64,000 nucleotides of DNA, from positions 47 through 64,046 of the forward strand of contig CAMMAC010000004.1 of the NCBI GenBank assembly GCA_946493085.1, given 5' to 3'. Every line of letters begins with the position of its first letter. Position 1 is the stretch's first letter. The stretch comes from an uncultured Clostridiaceae bacterium (GTDB taxonomy: Bacteria; Bacillota; Clostridia; TANB77; CAG-508). The position numbers and the translations under genes are program-made. The notes under the pieces are model-generated. The model saw only the letters and a list, made by a program, of their open reading frames with translations, did no database searches and was not told where the DNA came from. Of this stretch, positions 52,301 through 58,331 are shown one piece after another.

Positions 52301-54389
52301 CACATTTACAAACTTACCAAAATATACAGAATTTGGTCAAGAAATACAATACAGTGTAGTAGAGACAGAAACAAATGAAGGTGATTTAGAATACTATGAA
52401 GAACCAGTCATTACAATAGCAAATGAAAAAATCCTAGTAACCAATAGTTACAAGTTAATGGAAACAGACTTAGAAAGTAGTATAGAAAAAACAGGAACAG
52501 AGAAAATAACAGCACCAAAAGAGCCTGTAACCTACGACATAAGCTACAAAGCAAGTATAACAGACTACATAGGAGAAGTGGTAGTAAAAGTAGTAGATAC
52601 CTTACCATACAAATTAGCAACAAATGAGACAGGCGAATTATTAGAACAAATCAATTTGGCAGGAGGAACTTACCATGAAGAGACAAATACGATTACTTGG
52701 GAAGAAAAAGTAGAGCATGTAAATACTTATACAGATGGAGACTATAAAGTAAATATACAAAAAGAAATCACTTTAGTATATAGTAATTTAGATACTACAC
52801 AAAGAAATATGACAAACAAAGTAACAGGAACGGTAGATTTATATGAGACAGGAGAAACCAATACAGTAGAAGATACACATGATACAAGTATAGAGATACC
52901 AGGAAAAGTTATTGTAAAATACGTAGATAAAGAGACAGGAAAAGAAATTACCTACTTAGAAGAACAGGAAGGACAAGAGCCAGTAGAGAAAACCTATGGA
53001 TACGAAATAGAAGGATTTGTAGGAGATGCTTACACTACCGAACAAAAAGAAATACCAGAATATACTTATGTAGAAAATAGCGGAAACACCGAAGGAAATA
53101 TGATAGAGGGAACCATAGAGGTCATCTACTATTATGAAAAAACAACAGCAGGAGGAGTAATTGTACACTATGAAGATGAAGAAGGAAATAAACTATTAGA
53201 AGATGAAATCATAGGCGGAAAAGTAGGAGATAGCTATACAACCGAACAAAAAGAGATAGAAGACTATGAATACGTAAGGGTAGAAGGAGAGCCACAAGGA
53301 GAATTGACAGAAGGAGTGATAGAAGTAACGTATATTTACAGAAAAACACCAGCAAAAGTGATTGTAAAACATCTAGAAAAAGATAACACAGAAGATAATA
53401 GTGATAACAAAGAATTGTATCCAGAAGAGGTAATAGAAGGACATGTGGGAGATAGTTATACAACAAGTAGAAAAACAATTACAAATTATAGAGCAGCAGA
53501 GCCAGAACCAAGCAACAAAGAAGGTAAAATGACAAAAGAAGATACTTATGTTATCTACTATTATGAGAAAATCCCAAGTGGAACAGTAACTGCAAAATAT
53601 GTGGATATAGAGACAAAAGAAGAAATCTTGTACAAGGAAGAAGAGACAGGAGAATACAAAACGTATAGAGAACAAATGAAAGGGTATGTAGGAGAAAACT
53701 ATCAGACAGAAGCAAAAGAAATACCATACTATAACTTAGTAGAGAACCTAATTCCAACAAATAAAGAAGGAAAATATACACAAGAAGATATAGAAGTAAC
53801 CTATTACTATCGAAAACAAGAATTTAACATGACAATAGATAAAATCATTAAACAGATAGAAAAAGACGGAAAACAAGAAGAAGGAATAGATGAAAAGCTA
53901 GACAAAATAGAGATAGTAGGAAGCAAAATAGAGAAAACAAACTTAAAAATAACGTATGGAATAAAGGTAAGCAATACAGGAGAGATAGAAGGAACAGCTA
54001 CAGTGGTAGAAAACATACCAAGTAATTTCCAAGTAGAAGAAGGAACAGCAAGTGAGTGGAAACAAAATGAAGAAGGAAACTTAGAAGCAGAAGTAGCTTT
54101 AAAACCAGGAGAAACAAAAGAACTAACAGTAGTACTAAGTTGGATGCCAGGAGATAATCACTTTGGAACGAAGAGAAATACAGCAGAAATCATAAAAACA
54201 GATAACCCAGCAAAATATGAGGAAGTAGAGACTAAAGACAATAAGTCAGAAGCAGAAATGGTGATTACAATAAAAACGGGAGAGACAACAAGAAGAATAG
54301 TGTTTATTATAGCAGTAACAGGAATGATAGCAGCAGTAGCAGTATTCTGGTACTTAACAGAAAAGTACAACAGAGATAATGTAAATTAA
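37338..54389 (+). CDS. giant multidomain cell-surface adhesin-like protein (5683 aa)
   Basis: N-terminal signal anchor. Domain types seen: SpaA/prealbumin-like, 14 propeller blades, InlB-B-repeat-like, a duplicated jelly-roll-like module, MucBP-like (VIVHHY.., VIVKYVD..), Cna-B-like (KIWNN.., KVWDDNED..) and DUF11-like tandem units. C-terminal TM helix. Confidence 0.9.
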   Translation: MKRENKKTEKIVKSENKNLNVKLIPMLTVLIALIVVAVILGVQTVRTQSGTITAELAKARTYEQVEEGDEIVEEAPNVRFDAFFLRDLNNDGYAESIRGTCKEIGAEDTLYMELNVQTAGYLKDGKITINGENFYLQTALPKDDELKDNYIGNNIKTIELNDIANGTQKMLTGIVRSGDYSYSSRKADAIGKNINNYSKVNSVTLTGTYVGEDGSQTEISKTVEFNVDWYGTTTATIYTTNQSQNIENTINEANKEISLNFTVYTEETDKELILSKNHIEGEIPTLNDYAPIRVEYTGSNAVFEYNAETRTFRIDREAVVGENGEVSTSLSRSNNYGIRVVYPLEAYQTLGTETVTIKIPVKTYYEGHNNPSEEFTNPYRSNTATATIVASYEKPQGSVSRFDVTVGKRVYDPTTRYIVSKEKPLRLYNGVSEGETQDYYTVLWQAYIGTGSNLPGIIMKETKNGETQVTDTFIKTDASEESTDDVVSNVGIYFSGADRVLGAEGYIHVYDEDTGNLLVTFTANDWNKYTSGNPYQYELPVKHIRVETSNVMADESYLYVYNVKEIDDDKITEKYERLAFDTLQYIKSTLAGYLGESYINTDTHQANYEAPISVAEVSISKNTLSTQTTEKNDRITIDAVANTSANQVAWQNGMFLVKLPEEIIDAQINNVEINNNKVTLESYELIEQEGSLFIKIVTKNEEPLSYSIDIDVDLTPDPRIATVNRTIELYASNENGTDYYYKAKDQYDVNNNLNTEENVNYDTASISMVSPNSLLTNQTASDYDDKGSEVVSPQIADIKPVYAVVDQEQEEQTVKIGVQIRNNYASTISEIQILGKIPFEGNTYVLSGGDLGSTFTTKMTNAGIEIPQELQQYATVYYSENENPTNDLNEASNGWKTADQVTNWDNIKTYLINLGDYVMPTGQEYIFNYTVKIPNGLEFNKVAYSHHGVYFCLDTDEGKYRTQTEPNRLGLRIAEKYNLALTKFQTGKDKLVSGATYSITEIIKGENGEERGESKTGVTNAQGMLNITNLYAEKEYEIKEIKTPDDYELNEEVIRFIGHVDEKGTLSVEITSGTPRGEVTVSKEAEENYKVGINVEDEAKASLKIVKQEQGTQTPIQGVRFKITGYGLAETGRTVTTNRNGEANISGLSINQEYTLEEVRVPEGYYSVSPIKFTIVNENGSYTVNFTEGAEGITSSQITEEDSLPTLNVNIENEKIPTYSMQLVKVERTTESTVSTDELMAKAETNFADTEVEYLAGAKFKLYKGTEEVGQYITDETGTVTIEGLYQYEEEKGIDQTYTLKEVLAPAGYAKVKDIVFEVEEVEGTLVLRETNEEGQEAESTRYTAEGNTIKLVVEDSPSFKLIKKNEETKEVLAGIKFAIYNVDDGTEQLARNSKGEIIGTKEVIDGKEYYVVETDEKGELTADLPEGLYKAVEVEAPEKYELAGQTYYFGIGASREAPTTIGATQATSIGGSNEDQINSVAGTSDGGYIVGGYFESSSITAGDYTLTNANAGSYDGMVIKYSSDGTVEWASSIGGGDDEQIYSVAGTSDGGYIVGGYFESDSITVGDDTLTNNSTISWGSDGMVIKYSSIGEVEWARSIGGGDDDTINSVTEISDGGYIVGGAFKSNSITVGDDTLTNSGGLYSAGMIIKYRSDGEAEWATSIGRNNSIRSVAGTSDGGYIIGGSFRSSITVGDDTLTNAGPYSTYDGMVIKYRSNGEAEWARSIGGTDNDYIYSVSQTSDEGYIVGGYFRSDSITVGDDTLTNANEDYSNGMVIKYSSSGEVEWARSMGGNREDIINSVAGTSDGGGIVVGYFKSDSITVGNYNLTNASSGLRFDDEDGMVIKYRSNGEVEWATSIGGRSYDSINSVAGTSDGGYIVGGYFANYSITVGDYTLSKAGFYDGMVIKLGKIELNNHVTLQAQSVGGNRDEEITSVAKTSDGGYIVGGYFVSNSITVGDYTLTNNSRSGDGDGMVIKYTSKGEVEWARSIGGWFDDTIRSLTETSDGGYIVVGYFDSDITIGDYTLTNVGSNDGMVIKYSSSGEVEWARSIGGTKNDYINSVAETKDGRYIVGGYFYSDSITIGDYTLTNAGSSDGMVIKCNSNGEVEWATNIGGTENDYINSVAETKDGGYIVGGYFYSDSITVGNYTLTNTSYNEQYICTDGMVIKYSSNGEVEWARSIGGGDDDYINSVTEISDGGYIVGGYFVSSSISIGDYTLINANREYHADGIVIKYSSNGEVKWATSIGENGNDYIESVTETKDGGYIVGGYFESPSITVGNYTLINVNAGHYDGMVIKCNSSGKVEWAKDIGGSDGDNLQIVGDRIQSVTETNNGEYIAVGYFESDSIETDGNTLTNAGSSDGMILKIVNKIGVPEVQELTVENSRKEFQITTDVEEIDGVKGGSISGEDKNPYETVKYGDSSKNEMKMTPEAGYEIIKITINGKELLDYEVDADGSCLLPQFTNVTEDKHIVVTYARTSNKITIVKQDEEGTRLQGAKFKLDQIEDRVEPENVIGEIVANGGIYTETKVDISNEVTDQVKGKLTNNGTYYFIQNEDGTLVPTNSKTYQSANDGSTGIQSTTANSYIEIDLSGLEGEYAVVVNANVSSESADYGYATITQTTNAPSYSSSNGRIFRISGTSTSSTTATDYTSMLLEGGNTYYLHLGYRKDSSVDTGDDQIVINSIKVYGTENVEKTYNFVSNGQGGYESNNQGKASTTANSYIPIDLRNLTGKYNLVVNANVSSQSGDYGYATITQNTNAPSYSSNGRIFRISGTSTSSITPTDYTTVLQGGSMYYLHLGYYKNASTDEGEDKFTVNSIKVTLNSSELYPTVELVTNEKGEAVTDVPYGRYSITELQAPEGYETIEEPITIEFRQERNTVVENNNSVEVTVGENGEFLVENKEAAKVIVHHYLKTEAGEYTTTKVAEDDYMEGKIGEEYITKPHLDIENYELEKDTRGNYITPKNATGKYVEELTEVIYYYEESKIPLIVHHYIEGTEDKVPLASGGLAEDQISEGTKGERYVTEAIDVDKLDERYELITVPSNAQGTYEGPFVEVIYYYREQTEESIKRVTVTKIWNNTNGIYKIPEKIKVQVKNEDKIIAEQIISADNATQENVWTWTFTGLPKYNEQGEEIQYTIDEVEVNAGDLKYYKKDINGTTITNTYNGPVIHSTKEMTTENSLSYVVEGEKIIYTIRVQNSGDLAGDVVVKDNIPEGTSFVAGSIKVNGVADASKTETDLRDGMRVTVPARTDENTPGETTVSFEVTVNTLEGEALTKQIANTATINKNPDNPESPEEPTNEVTTVVNKSDLKYNKSANPVTGSTVKVEDEITYTIHLDNSKGTAPTSTIVKDTIPTGTTFVKDSIVVGGQAQVGKTTDDLANGIKVDLAAGESKDVVFKVTVNDLNNEDTIRNVATIKENPDNQASPEEPTNETEHTYAEAIITANKEMTTENRLSYVLEGEKITYTIRVQNSGDLGQEVVVKDNIPEGTSFVAGSVKVNGVADETKTETDLKDGMRVTVPARTDENTPGETTVSFEVTVNELEGEALTKQIANTATINKNPDNPESPEEPTNEVTTVVNKSDLKYNKSANPVTGSTIKVGEEITYTIHLDNSKGTAPTSAIVKDSIPTGTTFVKDSIVVGGQAQVGKTADDLASGIQVDLAAGESKDVVFKVTVNDLNNGDTIRNMATIKENPDKPDSTEEPTNETEHTYAEAIITANKEMTTENGLSYVLEGEKITYTIKVQNSGDLAGDVVVKDSIPEGTSFVAGSIKVNGVEEETKTETDLRDGMRVTVPARTDENTPGETTVSFEVTVNTLEGEALTKQIANTATINKNPDNPESPEEPTNEVTTVVNKSDLKYNKSANPVTGSTVKVEDEITYTIHLDNSKGTAPTSTIVKDTIPTGTTFVKDSIVVGGQAQVGKTTDDLANGIKVDLAAGESKDVVFKVTVNDLDNGATIKNVATVKENPDNPDSTEEPTNETEHTYAEAIMTANKEMTTENSLSYVIEGEKIIYTIRVQNSGDLAGDVVVKDNIPEGTSFVAGSIKVNGVADASKTETDLRDGMRVTVPARTDENTPGETTVSFEVTVNTLEGEALTKQIANTATINKNPDNPESPEEPTNEVTTVVNKSDLKYNKSANPVTGSTVKVGDEITYTIHLDNSKGTAPTSTIVKDTIPTGTTFVEGSIQIDGIVDESKTADDLASGIKVDLAAGESKDIVFKVTVNDLNNGNTIRNVATIKENPDNPASPEEPTNETEHTYAEAVIHSTKEITTENGLSYVLEGEKITYTIKVQNSGDLAGDVVVKDNIPEGTSFVAGSVKVNGVADETKTETDLKDGMRVTVPARTNEDTPGEVTISFTVKVNAVGTDETSKTIRNTGYINKTPDIPENPDEPTNEVAVPVLMYKKKAEIVRTQGNEEVPEGSVTAGDRIKYTITIHNVGTEKIEGVEIKDNVPEGTTIYQINDDGEISLNAGNVITWNVAEIAGGEVKEVSFEVTVNYDNEEKTIKNVATVDGKETNEVETPYVEPKLELESSIVKDGTERVTSVEEKVSYTIKYTANIQDFVGKAKVKIVDYLPYTIDTANSELDGGNYDEETKTITWEVNFGSIDTYQNAEGIQTVEITKSVLLKYNYPDAEALSGSVDNTAEGTITLTQTKEPEGTEQTVKEETVEDKHEVKVEIPAEVIVHHYIYDEAKGGETTQKVPSKEGGVVADEKIEGIVGECYDTNPSQKVDENYECINVTPEKAEGNMTKEPIEVTYYYELKTAELGATIEKTATASKQEEVEYETGEYDQEGNPITETKIVEVLTEEDGVVTYKIKYRAGIKNYKGTAKISIVDKLPAALNEENPRVNLAGGTYNSADRTITWEQEVEVNTFETGSMYDETIEKEIKVVYQDQNVVETLVNEVTGSITIYYPENHSTNPGGERDTNTVTDTAEVEQEYKVEKQVEKVWDDNEDTKGNRPESVTVQLTAGGNTNYNGEELEKVVLNEENNWKHTFTNLPKYTEFGQEIQYSVVETETNEGDLEYYEEPVITIANEKILVTNSYKLMETDLESSIEKTGTEKITAPKEPVTYDISYKASITDYIGEVVVKVVDTLPYKLATNETGELLEQINLAGGTYHEETNTITWEEKVEHVNTYTDGDYKVNIQKEITLVYSNLDTTQRNMTNKVTGTVDLYETGETNTVEDTHDTSIEIPGKVIVKYVDKETGKEITYLEEQEGQEPVEKTYGYEIEGFVGDAYTTEQKEIPEYTYVENSGNTEGNMIEGTIEVIYYYEKTTAGGVIVHYEDEEGNKLLEDEIIGGKVGDSYTTEQKEIEDYEYVRVEGEPQGELTEGVIEVTYIYRKTPAKVIVKHLEKDNTEDNSDNKELYPEEVIEGHVGDSYTTSRKTITNYRAAEPEPSNKEGKMTKEDTYVIYYYEKIPSGTVTAKYVDIETKEEILYKEEETGEYKTYREQMKGYVGENYQTEAKEIPYYNLVENLIPTNKEGKYTQEDIEVTYYYRKQEFNMTIDKIIKQIEKDGKQEEGIDEKLDKIEIVGSKIEKTNLKITYGIKVSNTGEIEGTATVVENIPSNFQVEEGTASEWKQNEEGNLEAEVALKPGETKELTVVLSWMPGDNHFGTKRNTAEIIKTDNPAKYEEVETKDNKSEAEMVITIKTGETTRRIVFIIAVTGMIAAVAVFWYLTEKYNRDNVN
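41740..44435 (+). repeat. 14 coding repeats of about 57-66 aa (beta-propeller blade-like, SBBP-like)
   Basis: Repeat unit S(V/L)(A/T)xTSDGGYIVGGYFxSxSITVGDYTLTN....DGMVIKYSSxGEVEWA.SIGG. Repeats 7 and 14 end atypically (IKLGKIEL, LKIVNKIG). Confidence 0.85.
46831..50350 (+). repeat. tandem array, period exactly 819 bp (273 aa, two DUF11-like domains), about 4.3 copies
   Basis: The landmark GAAAT(G/A)ACAA recurs at 46851, 47670, 48489, 49308 and 50127. The copies are near-identical in DNA. Confidence 0.95.
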
Positions 54390-54415
54390 AAAAGTTTCTT
54401 TCATAGAAAGTAAAT

Positions 54416-54456
54416 CAAAAAGGAACTAGGCGAAATAATCGCTTAGTTCCTTTTTG
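54416..54456. terminator. bidirectional intrinsic terminator
   Basis: AAAAAGGAACTAGGCG-AAATAAT-CGCTTAGTTCCTTTTT between the convergent giant gene and the htpX-like gene. Confidence 0.75.
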
Positions 54457-54465
54457 GATTTAAGT

Positions 54466-55363
54466 CTATTTCAAATTTTCTAAAGCAGCAATTCTATCTT
54501 CTGTAGAAGGGTGTGTTGACCAAAGACTAGAACTACTTCTTTTATCTTTTTTCTTAAATGGACTTACAATGTACATATGAGCAGTAGAACTATTAGCAGT
54601 TTTTAATGGACTCTGATCATCTTCTAATTTCCTTAGGGCAGAAATCAACCCTTGAGGGTTTCTTGTAAATTGAACAGAAGTAGCATCTGCCAAAAATTCA
54701 CGCCTGCGGGAAACAGCTAACTTCATTAGTTGAGCAAAAATAGGAGATAGAATTAAAAAGATAAGGCCAACTAACATAAGAATACCGTTTGCTCTACTAT
54801 CATCGCTGTCATTGTCACGAAGACCACCCCAGAAGAAAGCTCTTGTCATAATATCTGCTAGCATAACAACTAATCCTACCATAACTGTGACAACAGCGGA
54901 TAATAAAATATCATAGTTTTTAATGTGAGCAAGTTCATGTCCAATAACACCTTCTAGCTCATAGTAATCTAATTTTTCTAATAAACCAGTAGTAACACAA
55001 ATAATACTGTGTTCTGGATTTCTTCCTGTAGCAAAAGCATTAGGCTGTGCATCTTCCATAATATATAGTTTTGGAGTTCCGCTTAAGGCCAGCAGAAACT
55101 ACCAAAGAATCTAAAATATTCACTAATTTTTGATTCTCTTCTTTTGTTGCAGGTCTTGCTCTATTAAGAGAAAGAATAATTTTGTCGCTATAATAATAAG
55201 AAGACCAAGCACTTATCATAGAAAAAGTAAGAGCAATTACAATAGAAATAGGTCCTAGTTCAAAAGCCATACAAACGTAATAGATAAGTAAAGTTACTAG
55301 GATAATAAAAATACTAACAATAATACCAGTTTTTATTTTATTTCGTTTGATATCTTGAAACAT
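54466..55363 (-). pseudogene. htpX: HtpX-like M48 zinc metalloprotease interrupted by a frameshift
   Basis: The N-terminal TM part (55040..55363) ends ...VVSAGLKRNSKTIYYGRCTA*. The next frame reads LSGTPKLYIMEDAQPNAFATGRNP...GHELAHIKNYD. Removing one A from CTTAAGCGG (plus-strand TT 55083..55084) restores one ORF. Confidence 0.8.
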
Positions 55364-55466
55364 AAAAATCCTCCTTTTAGCCTATATGTTAAATGGTTAT
55401 TATTCCCTATAGAAGAAAATTGGACGGGGAAGTAATCCTCCGCCGCCCAGTTTCTTATTCTCTTCC

Positions 55467-56024
55467 TTATTTTTGATTAAAATCTACTTTTACATTTTTT
55501 CTAGCTTCATCACTTTCAGCTTCAAATAGGCTTTCTTCTTTAAAGCCAAACATAGAAGCAATTACGTTAGAAGGGAATGTTTCCAATTTTGTGTTATAAA
55601 TAGTAACAGTATCATTATAAAATTGTCTAGAAAAAGAAATTTTGTTTTCAGTTGTTCTTAATTCTTCTTGTAAGTCAGCAAAGCTTTGGTTTGCTTTTAA
55701 ATCTGGATAATTTTCTGAAACAGCTAAAATCGTTTTCAAAGCACTAGATAATTCGTTATCTAAAGCAGATTTTTCTGCAACTGTATTTGCCTCTGCCCAA
55801 GAAGAACGAAGAGAAGTTACTTTTTCTAATACATCTTTTTCATGAGTCATGTATCCTTTTACAGTTTCAATTAAATTAGGAATTAAATCAAATCTTCTTT
55901 GTAATTGTACGTCAATTTGACTCCATGCATTTTTTACATTCTGTCTTTTAGATACTAAACTGTTATAAATCACAATAACAGCAATTACTAAAATAACAAC
56001 AATGGCTAATATAATCCATCCCAT
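55467..56024 (-). CDS. lemA: LemA family protein
   Basis: N-terminal TM helix, [30 protein letters not shown]. Upstream partner of the M48 protease, which is a common pairing. Confidence 0.85.
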   Translation of the reverse strand: MGWIILAIVVILVIAVIVIYNSLVSKRQNVKNAWSQIDVQLQRRFDLIPNLIETVKGYMTHEKDVLEKVTSLRSSWAEANTVAEKSALDNELSSALKTILAVSENYPDLKANQSFADLQEELRTTENKISFSRQFYNDTVTIYNTKLETFPSNVIASMFGFKEESLFEAESDEARKNVKVDFNQK

Positions 56025-56261
56025 AACTAATATATCCTCCTTATATTAAAGTGATATTAGTATATCATATGTTCTTTGTTCCTACAATAGCTAGTATATG
56101 AATTCTTTGTAAAATTTATGTGATAAATAGAAATAAAAAAGTCATTTTTTTCGTACAAGCATCATATAATATACTATAAAATAGAAATAGAAAGAAAAGA
56201 AAACATAATATAAAAAATAAAAACACTAGAGTCTGTAAGAAAAAAGAGAATGTGTCAAAAT

Positions 56262-56290
56262 TTGACACAAGAAAAATAAAATGATATAAT
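56262..56290 (+). promoter_or_regulatory. consensus sigma-A promoter with overlapping palindrome
   Basis: TTGACA, 17 nt, TATAAT. The -35 lies inside the perfect 9+1+9 palindrome TGTGTCAAA-A-TTTGACACA (56251..56269). Confidence 0.65.
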
Positions 56291-56326
56291 CACATTGTTG
56301 GAAAAATAAGGAGGGAAAATATTTTT

Positions 56327-57316
56327 ATGAAGAAAGATGATAAAGCATCGATATCGCTAATAAAAATATTAGGAATCAGCTTAGTACTTATATTTATGAC
56401 AAGTATAGGTGTAATGGCATCCAATGCAAGTTTAACAAGCGTAAAAATAATACTTTCCAATGATTATGAAATGACAGTCTTAACATCTAAAACAACCGTT
56501 GGGGAAATCTTGGAAGAAAATCATATCGTATTATTAGAAGATGAAACAGTAACACCTGATAAACAAGAAGAATTACCAGATAATAAAACAATTAAAATTG
56601 TGAAGAAAACAGAGGAAGAACAAGGAATTGCAAAGGAAGAGGCAGTTGTTACAACAGAAGAAATTCTAGCAACTTATGATACGATTGTAGAAAAAATTGT
56701 TACAGAACAAGTAGAAATACCTTTTGAGACTATTACTAAAGAAGCAACAGGAGAAGGAACAAAGCAAAATCAGGTGATACAAAAGGGACAAAATGGATTA
56801 AAAGAAGTAAAATATAAGGTAAAATATCAAAATGATGTAGAGATAGAAAGAACAGAAATATCTTCTACTATCCTAAAAGAACCAGTAGATAAAATTGTAC
56901 AAGTAAGAACTGTACAAGTAACCTCAAGAGGTACAGAAAGAACAGCAACGACAAATCCTGCACTTACAGCTTCTTCTAGCTTGGCAAAAAAAGTAGAAGG
57001 TATTACACCAACAGTAAAAACAATGAATACATCTGCTTATGATGCTTGTGTAAAATGTTGTGGAAAAACAAATGGAATTACTTCTTCAGGAGCAAAAGCT
57101 TCCCCATGGTATACAATTGCAGCAGGAAAAGGCTATAAAATAGGAACTATCATCTATATTCCATATTTTAAAAATAAGCCAAATGGAGGATGGTTCGTAG
57201 TACAAGATAGAGGAGGAGCCATTTCTAATAACAAAATAGACATTTTCATGTCAACTCACAGCGAATGTTTACAATTTGGTAGAAGAAATTTAGAATGTTA
57301 TATATATGAATTTTAA
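56327..57316 (+). CDS. YabE-like cell-wall protein (DUF348 / G5 / 3D domains)
   Basis: Signal anchor. G5-like segment (IPFETITKE...QKGQNGLKEVKYKV...IERTEIS). 3D-domain C-terminus (TSAYDAC..CCGKTNGITSSG...VVQDRGGAISNNKIDIFM). Confidence 0.8.
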   Translation: MKKDDKASISLIKILGISLVLIFMTSIGVMASNASLTSVKIILSNDYEMTVLTSKTTVGEILEENHIVLLEDETVTPDKQEELPDNKTIKIVKKTEEEQGIAKEEAVVTTEEILATYDTIVEKIVTEQVEIPFETITKEATGEGTKQNQVIQKGQNGLKEVKYKVKYQNDVEIERTEISSTILKEPVDKIVQVRTVQVTSRGTERTATTNPALTASSSLAKKVEGITPTVKTMNTSAYDACVKCCGKTNGITSSGAKASPWYTIAAGKGYKIGTIIYIPYFKNKPNGGWFVVQDRGGAISNNKIDIFMSTHSECLQFGRRNLECYIYEF

Positions 57317-57345
57317 TGCAATTTAGGGATGTTTCTTAAATTGTA
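57317..57345. repeat. REP-like palindrome (GCAATTT arm, slightly degenerate)
   Basis: TGCAATTTAGGGATGTTTCTTAAATTGTA, starting the nucleotide after the TAA stop. Confidence 0.8.
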
Positions 57346-57542
57346 AGTAAGAGAAATAGCTTTAGGTTTATCCTAAAGTTATTTTTTTGTAGCAGAACAT
57401 TAAAAACAACGAAAATATACGACATTTTGTATAAATATTGATTTATCTACCTTTTTATAGTAAAATAAAAACAGAAAAAAGCCTATTGTCAAAGCTAGTA
57501 TGAAAGAAATAGTAAGAGAATATAATGGAGGATAAAGAAAGC

Positions 57543-58301
57543 ATGAAATGCATATCATGGAATGTAAATGGATTAAGGGCAGCTTTAAATAAAGGGTTTA
57601 TGGATTTTTTCCAAGAGATAAATGCCGATATTTTTGCATTGCAAGAAACCAAATTACAAGAAGGACAGGTAAGTCTTGCATTAGAAGGATATGAACAATA
57701 TTGGAATAGTGCTATAAAAAAAGGCTATTCCGGAACAGCCATATTCACCAAAAAGAAACCATTGCAAGTAACCTATGGAATAGGAATAGAAGAACACGAC
57801 ACAGAAGGAAGAGTTATCACTCTAGAATACGAAAATTTCTATTTTGTAGATTGTTATACACCAAATTCCAAAAGAGAATTAGAGAGATTAGACTATCGTA
57901 TGGTTTGGGAAGATGCTATTCGAGAATATCTGATAAATTTAGATAAGAAAAAACCAGTCATTTATTGTGGAGATTTTAATGTGGCACATGAGGAGATAGA
58001 CTTAAAAAATCCAAATACCAATCATCATAGTGCAGGATTTACCGATGAAGAAAGAAATAAAATGACGGCATTGCTATCCTCTGGATTTACAGATACATTC
58101 CGCTATTTATACCCAGAAAAAACAGATGCTTATACTTGGTGGTCTTATATGTTCCATGCAAGAGAAAAAAATGTAGGATGGAGAATCGATTATTTTATTG
58201 TATCCAAACGATTAGAAAGCAAAATAAAAGATAGTAAAATCTATGCAGAGGTAATGGGGAGTGACCATTGCCCAGTTGGTATAGAAATAGAAAATCTTTA
58301 A
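57543..58301 (+). CDS. xth: exodeoxyribonuclease III
   Basis: Motifs ISWNVNGLRA, LQETK, GDFNVAH and SDHCPV. The start was chosen at MKCISW, after GGAGGA plus a 10-nt spacer; the track ORF starts at 57525. Confidence 0.9.
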   Translation: MKCISWNVNGLRAALNKGFMDFFQEINADIFALQETKLQEGQVSLALEGYEQYWNSAIKKGYSGTAIFTKKKPLQVTYGIGIEEHDTEGRVITLEYENFYFVDCYTPNSKRELERLDYRMVWEDAIREYLINLDKKKPVIYCGDFNVAHEEIDLKNPNTNHHSAGFTDEERNKMTALLSSGFTDTFRYLYPEKTDAYTWWSYMFHAREKNVGWRIDYFIVSKRLESKIKDSKIYAEVMGSDHCPVGIEIENL

Positions 58302-58331
58302 AAAATAAGAAAGAATAAGGAGAGAAGAAAA

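Noticed and set aside
55410-55450. GC-rich imperfect hairpin (GGACGGGG...CCGCCGCCC) between lemA and the htpX-like gene, considered as a terminator
   Set aside because: The stem has several mismatches, and the two genes usually form an operon. The call is ambiguous.
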